DNA from: Macrostomum lignano
Taxonomy: Eukaryota
Reading direction: 5' to 3'
DNA length: 64,000 nt
Assembly: GCA_002269645.1 (NCBI GenBank)
Contig: NIVC01000181.1
Span: 213,693 to 277,692 of the forward strand
The position numbers and the translations under genes were made by a program. Positions within the stretch are counted from its first letter, which is position 1, and each line of letters opens with the position of its first letter. Under the pieces are notes generated by a model. The model was not told where the DNA came from, did no database searches, and was given only the letters and a program-made list of their open reading frames with translations. Shown piece after piece: positions 26,701-38,700 of this stretch.

Positions 26701-29700
26701 ATCGTACAACTGGAATCTCAATCCTACGACTGGAATCTTAATCCTACGACTGAAATCTCAATCCTACGACAGGAATCTGAATCCTACGACTGGAATCTCA
26801 ATCCGAAATCCAACAAAGTCAGCATAAAAGTACACTATCAGCCAACCTAGGCGAGCAGATGTAAAGCAGCCGGTCCCAAGTCGGCATGTAGATCATCTGG
26901 CCCTTGAACCGCACAAGCTTTGAGTCGTCGGAGCGGCTCAAGCTCGTGTCCTCGGACTTGTCGCCGGTTTGTCCCCTGTCCGGCGGGGCGCACTGAGCTT
27001 TCCCGCCGGCCGAAACTGTTCGATTGTAGGCGGCAATTTCGAATATGTTGTGCCGGTGCTTGAGGAACTGCGATTGGTAGGCAATTGAGGGGCTGCTTTT
27101 ATTGGCTGAAGCTGTGTACATGTAATGCTGAAATATCGATTAGAAATAAGTCTGCCTAAGCCGCTTCAAGTGTAGAGTGTTCTACCTCCCGTAAGAAGAC
27201 ATAAAAGTGTTAATGTACTACTCACACATTTTATTTAGTAGTAAATTGAAGAGCATGAATAAAGGTATGCTTTGAACTATAAGTATATTCGGACTAACCA
27301 ATAGGAAGAGAGAGACCTCGAGCATGCTAATTTTAGAAATCACCCAATCACGTGCGACCAACAACTGTCAATTCAAACCCCACCTTCAAGTCATCATTTG
27401 GTTTGCACTCGGGTTGCACCCGGATGAACCAATCAAAGTCTACCAGCTACGGTAACCAATCATGCGCTTTTACAGTAGACTAGTTGCGCAACTTTCTACC
27501 CTGTCATGCTTGACAGCCACCGAATCGTGACCCTTTGACATTTGCGAAGACAGTGATGTACGACCTCGAGAGAGGTCTGAACGCCTATAAATACAAGTGG
27601 TCCGGAACGGACCCGGAGCCACAAAATCTCCAAGAGAGAGAAGCTCCGAAGAGGAAGCTCTAGTGAAGCCTTCCTGAAGAAACTCGCGTCGTGGACGAGT
27701 TCTTGCGGTAAGCCTTACTCATTTGCGCCCGTTGGTTGAGACGTCTCGCTCAAGTCTATTGAGACTTGAGTTTATTTGAGTCTGCTGAGACTCTTGAGTC
27801 TGTTTAGACTCCACTGGTTGCAGTCTCCAGAAGGACTGCCCCTGATAGATCTTAGAAGACTATCAGTGGTTTCCGGAGCCATACCTAGAGTGCATAGAGG
27901 CACTACTAGAAGGAGTAGGCTTATATTAAACCGCAGTTTGGCGCAGGGATCCCCATTGTTAATTTGGAAGCTTCCGATTGGTCCGAACTACAGATACCGG
28001 CCGGCAAGAAGTCAAGAGGACAAAGGAGATAACGGACCAGATCAACTGTTACCAGGCGCCTAAACTTCCTGAAGGACAGGAAAGTTACTGATCGCGATAC
28101 TACGGACGAGGATTATTACGAGAGCTCTCATTTAAGGACTCAAAGGTAATTGAATACCTTCATTTGATTACTGGGTTGCCTAGCTACAGAGCTAGAAGTG
28201 ATTGTTCCTTGATTACAGTTGAGGACTGGTAATAAGGAACACATCAATTGGTGATCTCGCCCTCTCGGCACTACTCAAACTTTTGAGCAATAGCCTGGCC
28301 AAGCTATTGTAAAGTGACGAAAGAGCGACTTCATTAATTTTGCGCGCACGTGTTAAAGGTAACACTTTTCGACACTTTTCGATTTTTGTACGATTTGAAA
28401 CTCGAGTAAAAGTTTAGATATACAGGCTTGAGTACCTGTCAATTTTGAGTAACGTTTGAGCACGCGTGTTAAATTTTTGTTTTTAACGAGCTCGAGCAAG
28501 AGTAAACCTTAAACAAAACCGAAAACAACGTCCGGTACACTGAAAACAAACCGAAAAATAATCAATACACACTAAAACAAAACCGAAATTAAAAACACTT
28601 GACGAAAGCTAAAACAAACCGAAATTTGATAAAACGTGACAAGGCACGTCACGAAGACAAGAAAGGCCTTTGAAAAAAGCAAGAAGCAGCTGCACTTCAA
28701 GCACTTTAAAGATACACTTTGCGGGACGCCGCATAAGTGCGAAAATCAGCCAGCGAATAAGAGGTCAGAAAAGCAGCCAAAAGCCGAATTCCGCTCAAGG
28801 TCAGACATAACAAATTGAGGTGTCAAAAGCGCCGCGAGACAATCAGTTACAACCGAAGTTTATTTCGAAAGAAACACCACACTGGAAGATCCATTACAAA
28901 TCGACCCAGACCTAGAGCTACCGTTCTATCCCATCAACAACATGGCGCGGCGCAATCCAACGGTGCACAGAGATATCAAAGAGACAGTTGGCACCTTTTC
29001 TATGGAAAAAGACTTTAACACCTTTGTTGATCATTTTGACCTGGTATGTAGGGAATACAACCTACAAAATCCAGAAAAAGCGCAACTGTTGCCACCACTC
29101 CTCCAAGGCACTGCACGAGAGATTTATGGTAAACTAGATGCGGCAACACAGCAAAACTACCCAGCATTAATCATTCAACTGCGCGCGCATTTCAACCGCT
29201 GTGGCACAAACAGATCAGTGCTACTGCACAAGTTGCATAACAGAAGGATGCAGCCAACCGAATCCTTCCTGACCTTTGTGGACGACATCCGTCAGATAAT
29301 TAAGGCACTGCATCAGCCAACACTGCCAGCTGCAGACCAACCACCTCTGGGTGCGGCAGAATTAGCCGCTAGAGAGCGACAGCGATTGATGGATCGCGAA
29401 CAAAATCTGATTCTGCACGTAATAAACAATGCACAGCCGTCACTCCGAGATAGACTTCTACGCGAAAACATTGAAACCGAGGAAGACCTTTTACGGTGCG
29501 GAATGCAGTGGGAAGCAAGCGCTCCACTAATGACAACCGGCAACACAGAAGTGCAGAAACTGACACAGCAACTAAACAAACTGATGCAACATCAAACAGC
29601 CGTTATCGCCGAACAAAAAAGACGAAATGAACGAGCCCAAGCCAGATGCTATTACTGTGGACGAGAAGGACACTACCAAATACATTGTCCTCATCGGTCA

Positions 29701-32700
29701 ACAAGAAATGACATGCAGCGACAGCCATTCAACAGAAGGAAGCCGCAAAAACCATGGCAACAACATCAAAATTGGCAGCAGCAAAACACGAAACGCTTCG
29801 GAAACAATGGCTACAGACCGCGAAACACCAGATACATGCCCAAGCAACCAACGCAAGCGATGCAACGATATGCAAACGCCATCACGTACACACCGGAAAG
29901 CGAACAGCAAGAGCAGCAAGTCTTCACGATAGACGACTTAGAAATGGACTTCACTATCAATGAAATCGACTGGCTCGATGTGGAGAGCAGCGAAAAGACA
30001 AAAAACATCAGCATGGTCGAAATGAAAGAAACTAACATTGACAGCGAAGAAGAAAAGACAGAAGTGAGCACAGAAAAAACATTGTCAAGCGACATCAGTG
30101 AAAGAAAAGAAGAAACAAACAAAGCAACGACAAAGAACTGGCAACGAAGGATGACAACGAAAGAAGCAACGACGGAAATGCGGAGATGGAAGAAGAACAG
30201 CAAGAAGAAAGCAGCGATCACGATTATGAGATGCACAATGACGCTGATGACAACCGAGCCGCCGACAAAGAACATGAAGACGGAAGGCACAAAGGAATGG
30301 AAGAAAGAAATCTAAGCTCCGACAGCGATCAATGCTACGAGATCCGCTATAAACGAAATGGTGAAGCCTACATCCAAACGGTCGACTACAAGGCCGAAGT
30401 GAGGTACCGCAGACAATGGAGTGACACAACTACAACATCGGAAGAAAGCAAGGAAGAAAATGATGAAGACGACAAGCAGCGGAACGAATCGGATGCCTTG
30501 CGCTCGGAAACGCCAATGGAACAAGAGGAAGAATACGATGCGGACGCAGAAGATAACGAATGGCAGCCGCAGCCAATGCCAGCAAAGACAACGGCAACGT
30601 TCAGAAAATGGCGATTCTGGATATTCTGGATCATCATAATACTACTGACGGCAGTAGTCACCAAAGCAACAGCAATGGAGAAACCAATGATATGTCCAAC
30701 GGATGCGCATATCCAACCGATGATCTACAAGATACCAACCGACATCAAATGCAGCTACTTCAAGACAAATCAGACGAAGCCAAAGAAGATCACAATTGAT
30801 CTCTACAAAGCTAACATCAAGAAGCATCGACAACTCGGAATAGTGTGCTTTAGAGACAAGCACCTAGTGGAAAAAGTTTGGCGAGGACAATGGAACAGAA
30901 TTCGATTTTGGCAACACGAACTACATGTGTCGCACGCTGAATGTCTACAATGGAACCAAACACTGTTCTCAAAGGATGGTCAGCTAGAACCGGATGAGAA
31001 AGTGGGGGAGGCACAACTTTACCGAACGAAGAACTCAGCAAACGGACGATATGTACACTTTTCGGAAGCATGGACTAACTACATGACACGAAACAGTTAC
31101 CTAATCAGGAATGTTCCGTTCTACTACAATCCGTACGAGAAAATGGAATCACTGCAACTGCAACTAAGTGAATGCCGATACAGCGAAGGATGGTGCCCAA
31201 CGCCGATATTGCGAAATGCAGAACTCTACAGCCTACCGCTGAGTCCAACGTATCATCCAGACTATCGATGGCAGATAGTGCACAGAGCGATCCACACTAC
31301 GAAGAGCCATCAAAGTCACGACAATATTTCTTCGCTTGGAAGGTTGAGACGGAAATCGACTGTCAACTACAAAAGTACCACACAGTGGAAGGAGGCCTAC
31401 TGTCAAACACGTTTTTGGCAAAGTCAGGAGACTTGGCACTGACGTTTCAAAAGAAACCAGTCGAGCAAAAACTGAAATGCAAGGATACAGACAAGACACT
31501 ATTCATCTCGGAACAAGAGATACCAGTCTACGTAAAAGATGACGACAAACAAACCTTTCTGGCGATCATCAACGGAACGTATCAACAGCAGGAACAACAG
31601 AACAGACGACGACGTGACATCGAACGTCCCAAACTGGTGTCAAACCGACTACTGTCAGCAAAGATAACGGCTTTGGATCACAATCTACACAACCAGTTAA
31701 ACCACTTGCATCGAACACTGGTCCAGCTAACTTGCAAAATGCACGCAATCAACTTAAATTATGCCAGACAAAACTACTATGTCAACCCTACGATGACTTT
31801 TCGTAAAATCACCGGAATGACGAACGTTTTGGCAGTTCCAATATACGAGCATCTGTTGATATACAAGTGCACGCCGATACAGCACTTTAACATCTTGCCG
31901 TCGAACACGTCAACAACCTGCTACGACAAGCCAAGGATTGAAGCGTTCTACGAAGGAAAACGAATTCAAGGATTCTTGGACACGGTACACAACATCATCG
32001 TTGGCACCGCAATACCGAGACCTTGCACCACGGCAGCAAACTACTATCAACTGGACAATGCACTACACGTCATCAAAACAACTGGAACGACAGCAAACAT
32101 CACAGAACCGGAAGTAATCGTCGACGAAAACTACGACATGGAGGATTTGAAAATCCGATTCAACAGAACGAAGTATACGCCATTCGCCGATATCCAACTT
32201 GACGAGATAACACCAGGATGGACGATCAACGACTTCTTGCAAGCGTTCATCACCCAACGCAAGATGATTCACCAGCTGTTCACAAGAAAGGACAAAGGAA
32301 CCGGGACAGGAAGATTTCCCGTCCTTGTTTCAATGGACAGCGCCATCAAATCATTTTGGACAAACAGCTTCTGGGAGCTGCTCAATGGAAGAGGCAGTCT
32401 CTATCAAGGATTCATCTTCTACGGTGCTTGCATTGTGTGGATTGTCACGGCAATCTTCATCATTTCGTCGATCGTACGGTGCTTCAGTCAAACTTGTCCA
32501 AAAGCTAAGAAGACAGTTAATGCCATAATGCAAAGAACGACAACGGAAGGCGACAACAGTTTAGAACTAACAGAAACTGCACATCGTGAGGTTCAAGGGC
32601 AACCGACACTAGCAACGCGGCTATATCCATCGATTCCGACAACACCAACGGCACCAAGAATACAACCACCTAACTATCAAGCAGAACAGCAAGACCCAAA

Positions 32701-35700
32701 ATGGCCAGAGAACTACGTATGTACTCTACACGCCGAAATTGGCAAAGCCATGGCTCAAGTGGTAATCAACAATCTACCATGTCGAGCGCTACTCGACTCC
32801 GGCAGCTCCATCACAGTTATATCAAAACAACTGTGCAACAAGCTACGACTTGCTCTACGGCCAGCAACAATCGCAGTTGCAGGAGCAGGAGGACATTCGC
32901 TAAACATTCTGGGAAAAGCCGACATTGATTTAAGAATCGCTAATAAACATTTGACAGTTCCAACGTACGTCATCGACAGACTCCCAAACCAGGACGTTAT
33001 TGTTGGCATCGACACGTTCAAGCAGCTTCGACTACCATTGACCTTCGACTTCAATAAGCAAACGTTCAAGATCGACTCGGTAGAACAACCATTGATCAAC
33101 CAGATCCGAGTACTACCAAAAGTAACATTGCAACAAGATGTCATCATCCAACCGGAGAGCGCCTGCTGGATAAAGGCAAAGGCAACTAACGCAACGGAGG
33201 AAGCAATGATATTCGACCCAAACAGAAGAGTCACGGCTAAACACCAAATTATGATGCCTACGGCACTAGTACTGGTTGCAAAAGATAAACAGCTGCCAGT
33301 ACAAATATTCAACCCGAACACAGAAACGGTTCATCTACGACAAGGAATGTGCATCGGTCATCTCAACACCCAAGCATCGGTTATGCTGATTGAGCAAGCG
33401 ACTCCACGACTAACAGAGGAAGAATTTCAAAAGAAGATCAATTTGGATGACAGCCCGATTACGGAACAGCAAAAGAGGAAAGTTCGACAGCTGTTGTGGA
33501 AGTACAACGACGCTTTCTGCCACCATGACTACGACATCGGACGAGCCAAGGACATCAAACAGGAAATCAAACTTCTGCCGCACACGGAACCAATTCAGTG
33601 CAAACCGTACCCGATCGCCAAGCATCTGCAACAGCACTTCGATGAGATTATCGACAAAATGCTGAAACACGGCATCATCAGCAAAGCCATTTCAGCATAC
33701 TCATCACCATGTCTCTTGGTACAAAAGAAGGAGACTAACGAAAGACGACTCGTATGTGACTTCAGACTGCTGAACAAGTACATACCGACGGATCAGCAAA
33801 GCCTACCGAAGATCTCCGAACTACTAGCAAAGCTCAACACGGCAAAATTGTTCACAGTGTTCGACCTACGTCATGGATTTTGGCAAATTGAAATCGAGAA
33901 AGAGTCACGACAGTACACGGCTTTCAAAACCTACAATGGACAAGTATACGAGTACAATCGATCGCCGATGGGACTCAGCAACAGCCCAGCAACGATGAGC
34001 CGACTAACAGCATACATGCTTGCAGGATGCACGAACCTGTTGCACTATGTTGACGACATCTTGGCCTACGGAGAAGACTTCGAACGACTCTATGAAGCGA
34101 CGGAGAAGGCCCTCGCGCTTATCAACGACAAGGTCTTAAGCTACAACCAACTAAATGCAAATTCTTCCGAGACAACGTGCGTTACCTGGGACATCAGGTG
34201 ACAGCCAAAGGAATTTCACCGGACCCAGACAACGTGGATAAAGTGAAAAAGTTTCCTACGCCAACTAGCAAAACGAAGGTCCAATCATTTCTTGGACTTG
34301 CGCAATACTTCCGAAAGTTCTTACCCAACTTCGCGAAGACAGCAAAGCCGCTGTACGACCTGCTCAAGTTCGACAAATGGAAGCAGGAGAATTGGACACA
34401 AAAGCAACAAGAAAGTTTTGACGAAATCAAACGACAGCTGACATCAGACGCACTGCTACAGCATCCGGACTTCGACAAACCCTTCATCATCGAGACAGAC
34501 GCCTCAGGAACGGGACTCGGAGCAGTCCTACTACAGGAAACTGAAGACAAAAAGGAACGACCTATAGCCTACGTCAGTCGAGCACTTAAACCGAATGAGA
34601 CAAAATGGTCAGCTACGGAACGAGAACTACTAGGAGTTCTGTTCGCCCTACGACAGTTTCACTACTACATCTATGGATCTCCATTACAGACGATAGTACG
34701 CACAGATCATGCACCGCTGACCTACGTCGTAACTACAAAAGGACAAACAAACAACCGACTCATCAGGATGACACTCAAGATCCAGGACTACAACTACAAG
34801 CTCGTCTACAAACCAGGAATTACTAACAAGGCCGCGGACGCCCTGTCAAGAGCCTACGAAGTCAACGCCATTCATCCAATTCCTAACATCAAGGAGTTGA
34901 TGGATGAAACCGTGAACGACTACTTCTACCAAGCAGTTAAAAACAACGACAAGGACATCAAGCTCAGCCCCGTGGAACGAAAATTCCTGCGCAAGCAGCG
35001 ACAGCATTTAACAATCAACAAGTCACGACTCTACTGGATGAGTGACAACAAACCTAAAATCTACATGCCATATTCGTTTAGGCAGGCAATTCTCAACGAG
35101 CTGCACGACAACCCACTCGCTGGACACCTGTCGGCAGCCAAAACCATTGCAAGAGTGGAGCAATACTACTTTTGGCCAAGCATGCATGGCGACATCAAGC
35201 AGTATTGCAACAACTGCCACTCATGCGCAGCATCAAAGACAGGACGACGACAAAAACCACAGCTACAATCGATACCAAAGTCAACAACTATGGACTGTCT
35301 CAGCATCGACATCACCGGACCGCTGCCACCGAGCTGTCTCCATGGCATAGCCTACACCTACATCCTAACAGCCTTGGACATTTTCTCAAAGTTTGCTATT
35401 GCCATACCAATACCGGACATCACAGCTCAGACAGTGGCAATGGGTTTCTTCAACGACATCATCTGCAAGTACGGTACGCCAAAGAACCTCACATCGGACA
35501 ATGGATCGCAGTTTACGTCTCAACTCTTTCAGCAAGTGGTGAAGATCCTCAACATCACGCAGATCTACACATCGACCTACAATCCGAAGGCGAACATGGT
35601 TGAAAGGTTTCACCGCAACCTACACGAGATGATTACACACTTCGCGCATCAACAACCGGACGACTGGATCATCTATCTGCAAGCAGTAACAATGGCCTAC

Positions 35701-38700
35701 AACAGCGCTATTCATCGATCAACGGACAATACGCCATTCTTTCTAATGTTTGGGCGAGACTTCCAGCCGCCAAACCTATTGGCACAGCAACTACTACCAT
35801 CGCAATATGTGGAAGTCCCGACGTCCATTCAAAAGTTCGTCACGCAACTACACCTCGCATGGAAAGTAGCCAAGCACAACATCGACAATCAGGTGGCTCT
35901 AACCACCGGCACCGACACGAGATCGACAACTCTGACAGCCGGCGACATCGTCTACCTGCACTATCCGCCGCAACAGACGCACAAACACGCACAGAAGTAC
36001 AAAGGACCATATCGAGTGGTCCAACTAACGTCACCGACAACGGCACGCCTGGCCAATGTGCAAGATCCTCATCAGCACCAATTCTACGTGCACATTCATC
36101 GACTAAAGAAGATCAACACTGACACGACAACGTTTTTACCGTCACTAGACAACGCTGATCGCACGCGTTCGGCGAACCGCCACATCGCAACAAAACACGA
36201 GGAGACACAAACATCAACCGAGAACCAGCAACATGGCTACAATCTGCGACCTCGTTAAGTTGCGAAAACAACCCGTGTAGAGACCGGGTCAGAATAGCTC
36301 TACAGCTTCGCAAGCTTGTCGTAAGAGGCGACTAATCTGAGCGACTTCAAACTTCAAGCGACGACGACAATGGGCAACGCACTGTCCAAACAGGCGCCCC
36401 AACTACAGCAACTCTATGAATGCCCAATATGTTTAACTGATGACTTGGCTGTCAAGCCACCAATTATTTGTGAAAACAGACATCGCATATGCGGACAATA
36501 TTTAAGCGACTCACATTATATTCAGCTCTGGCAGAATTGCCCGATAGGTAGAAGTAGTTTGCGGCAGTGCGCCTATTGTTAGTCTTGGCGCACATGTCAA
36601 TACTGTAACCAAAAACATTTTATTTGCATGCGTATACTTACCTTTAAATAACTTTTATAACCAACGCTCTTAACTACCCATTACTAAATACCTGTAACAC
36701 TTGTGACAAATGATTATTATAAAGACATGCTTGAACTTTTTATGCGTTTCAATCCTCTATTTAAAACTCGGGACGAGTTTTTTGTAAACATGGGAGATTT
36801 TGTAGAGTGTTCTACCTCCCGTAAGAAGACATAAAAGTGTTAATGTACTACTCACACATTTTATTTAGTAGTAAATTGAAGAGCATGAATAAAGGTATGC
36901 TTTGAACTATAAGTATATTCGGACTAACCAATAGGAAGAGAGAGACCTCGAGCATGCTAATTTTAGAAATCACCCAATCACGTGCGACCAACAACTGTCA
37001 ATTCAAACCCCACCTTCAAGTCATCATTTGGTTTGCACTCGGGTTGCACCCGGATGAACCAATCAAAGTCTACCAGCTACGGTAACCAATCATGCGCTTT
37101 TACAGTAGACTAGTTGCGCAACTTTCTACCCTGTCATGCTTGACAGCCACCGAATCGTGACCCTTTGACATTTGCGAAGACAGTGATGTACGACCTCGAG
37201 AGAGGTCTGAACGCCTATAAATACAAGTGGTCCGGAACGGACCCGGAGCCACAAAATCTCCAAGAGAGAGAAGCTCCGAAGAGGAAGCTCTAGTGAAGCC
37301 TTCCTGAAGAAACTCGCGTCGTGGACGAGTTCTTGCGGTAAGCCTTACTCATTTGCGCCCGTTGGTTGAGACGTCTCGCTCAAGTCTATTGAGACTTGAG
37401 TTTATTTGAGTCTGCTGAGACTCTTGAGTCTGTTTAGACTCCACTGGTTGCAGTCTCCAGAAGGACTGCCCCTGATAGATCTTAGAAGACTATCAGTGGT
37501 TTCCGGAGCCATACCTAGAGTGCATAGAGGCACTACTAGAAGGAGTAGGCTTATATTAAACCGCAGTTTGGCGCAGGGATCCCCATTGTTAATTTGGAAG
37601 CTTCCGATTGGTCCGAACTACAGATACCGGCCGGCAAGAAGTCAAGAGGACAAAGGAGATAACGGACCAGATCAACTGTTACCAGGCGCCTAAACTTCCT
37701 GAAGGACAGGAAAGTTACTGATCGCGATACTACGGACGAGGATTATTACGAGAGCTCTCATTTAAGGACTCAAAGGTAATTGAATACCTTCATTTGATTA
37801 CTGGGTTGCCTAGCTACAGAGCTAGAAGTGATTGTTCCTTGATTACAGTTGAGGACTGGTAATAAGGAACACATCACAAGGTGAGGCAGCCAGATGTCTC
37901 ACTTTCAGATGTGAGACTGGGTGAGATTCCAGATGTGAGATTGGGCGAGATTTCAGATGTGAGATTGGGTAAGATTCCAGATGTGAGATTGGGTGAGATT
38001 TCAGATGTGAGATTGGGTAAGATTCCAGATGTGAGATTGGGTGAGATTTCAGATGTGAGACTGGGTGAGATTTCAGATGTGAGACTGGGTGAGATTCCAG
38101 ATGTGAGACTGGGTGAGATTCCAGATGTGAGACTGGTTGAGATTTCAGAGATGAGACTGAGTGAGATTCCAGATGTGAGACTGGGTGAGATTCCAGATGT
38201 GAGACTGGGTGAGATTCCAGATGTGAGACTGGGTGAGATTCCAGATGTGAGACTGGTTGAGATTTCAGAGATGAGACTGGGTGAGATTCAGATGTGAGAT
38301 AAACTCAGATATGAGACTTCAGACTCAGCCAGCCTGTCTCACCTCATCCCAGCAGCAGTCGATGAAGGGCCTGATCAACATGAAGTTGATGCCAAAGTGG
38401 ACCCCGTCAGCAGCCTCGCCAAGGATGTTGGCAAACCCGCTGCCAGCAGCGCTGACTGTCAAGCTCCTGTCCAAGGCCAGGTAGTAAGGGAACAGGGTGA
38501 TGAAGTCCCTGTAGGGCACAACGTAAGAATCGGGATCGATGATTCGATAAGCGGTGCTGTGCTCGCCCGAGTAGGCCACGTTATCGAATCTGAGCTCGTA
38601 CACGTACAGGCTGTAGGCGCCCTGCTGGCTACTGTCGACGAGGCCGATGTCCAGCTCCAGCTGGTAGAGAACTCTGGCTATGGTGTACAGCTGGCCCCGG

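Larger units (their letters stand above)
27171..37876 (+). mobile_element. Full-length Ty3/Gypsy LTR retrotransposon (10,706 bp) with gB-like env between gag and pol, antisense in cyclase intron 2
   Basis: TG...CA LTRs at 27171-28246 and 36801-37876 (both 1076 bp). CAAG TSD at 27167-27170 and 37877-37880. Domain order PR-RT-RH-IN. Confidence 0.97.

Noticed and set aside
27776-28063. 95-aa ORF in both LTRs (also 37406-37693)
   Set aside because: Non-ATG start and no recognisable motif; it is duplicated only because the LTRs are.
29313-36313. Antisense and alternate-frame ORFs within the retroelement and GC-rich exons
   Set aside because: Shadow ORFs of real coding sequence with no motifs of their own.
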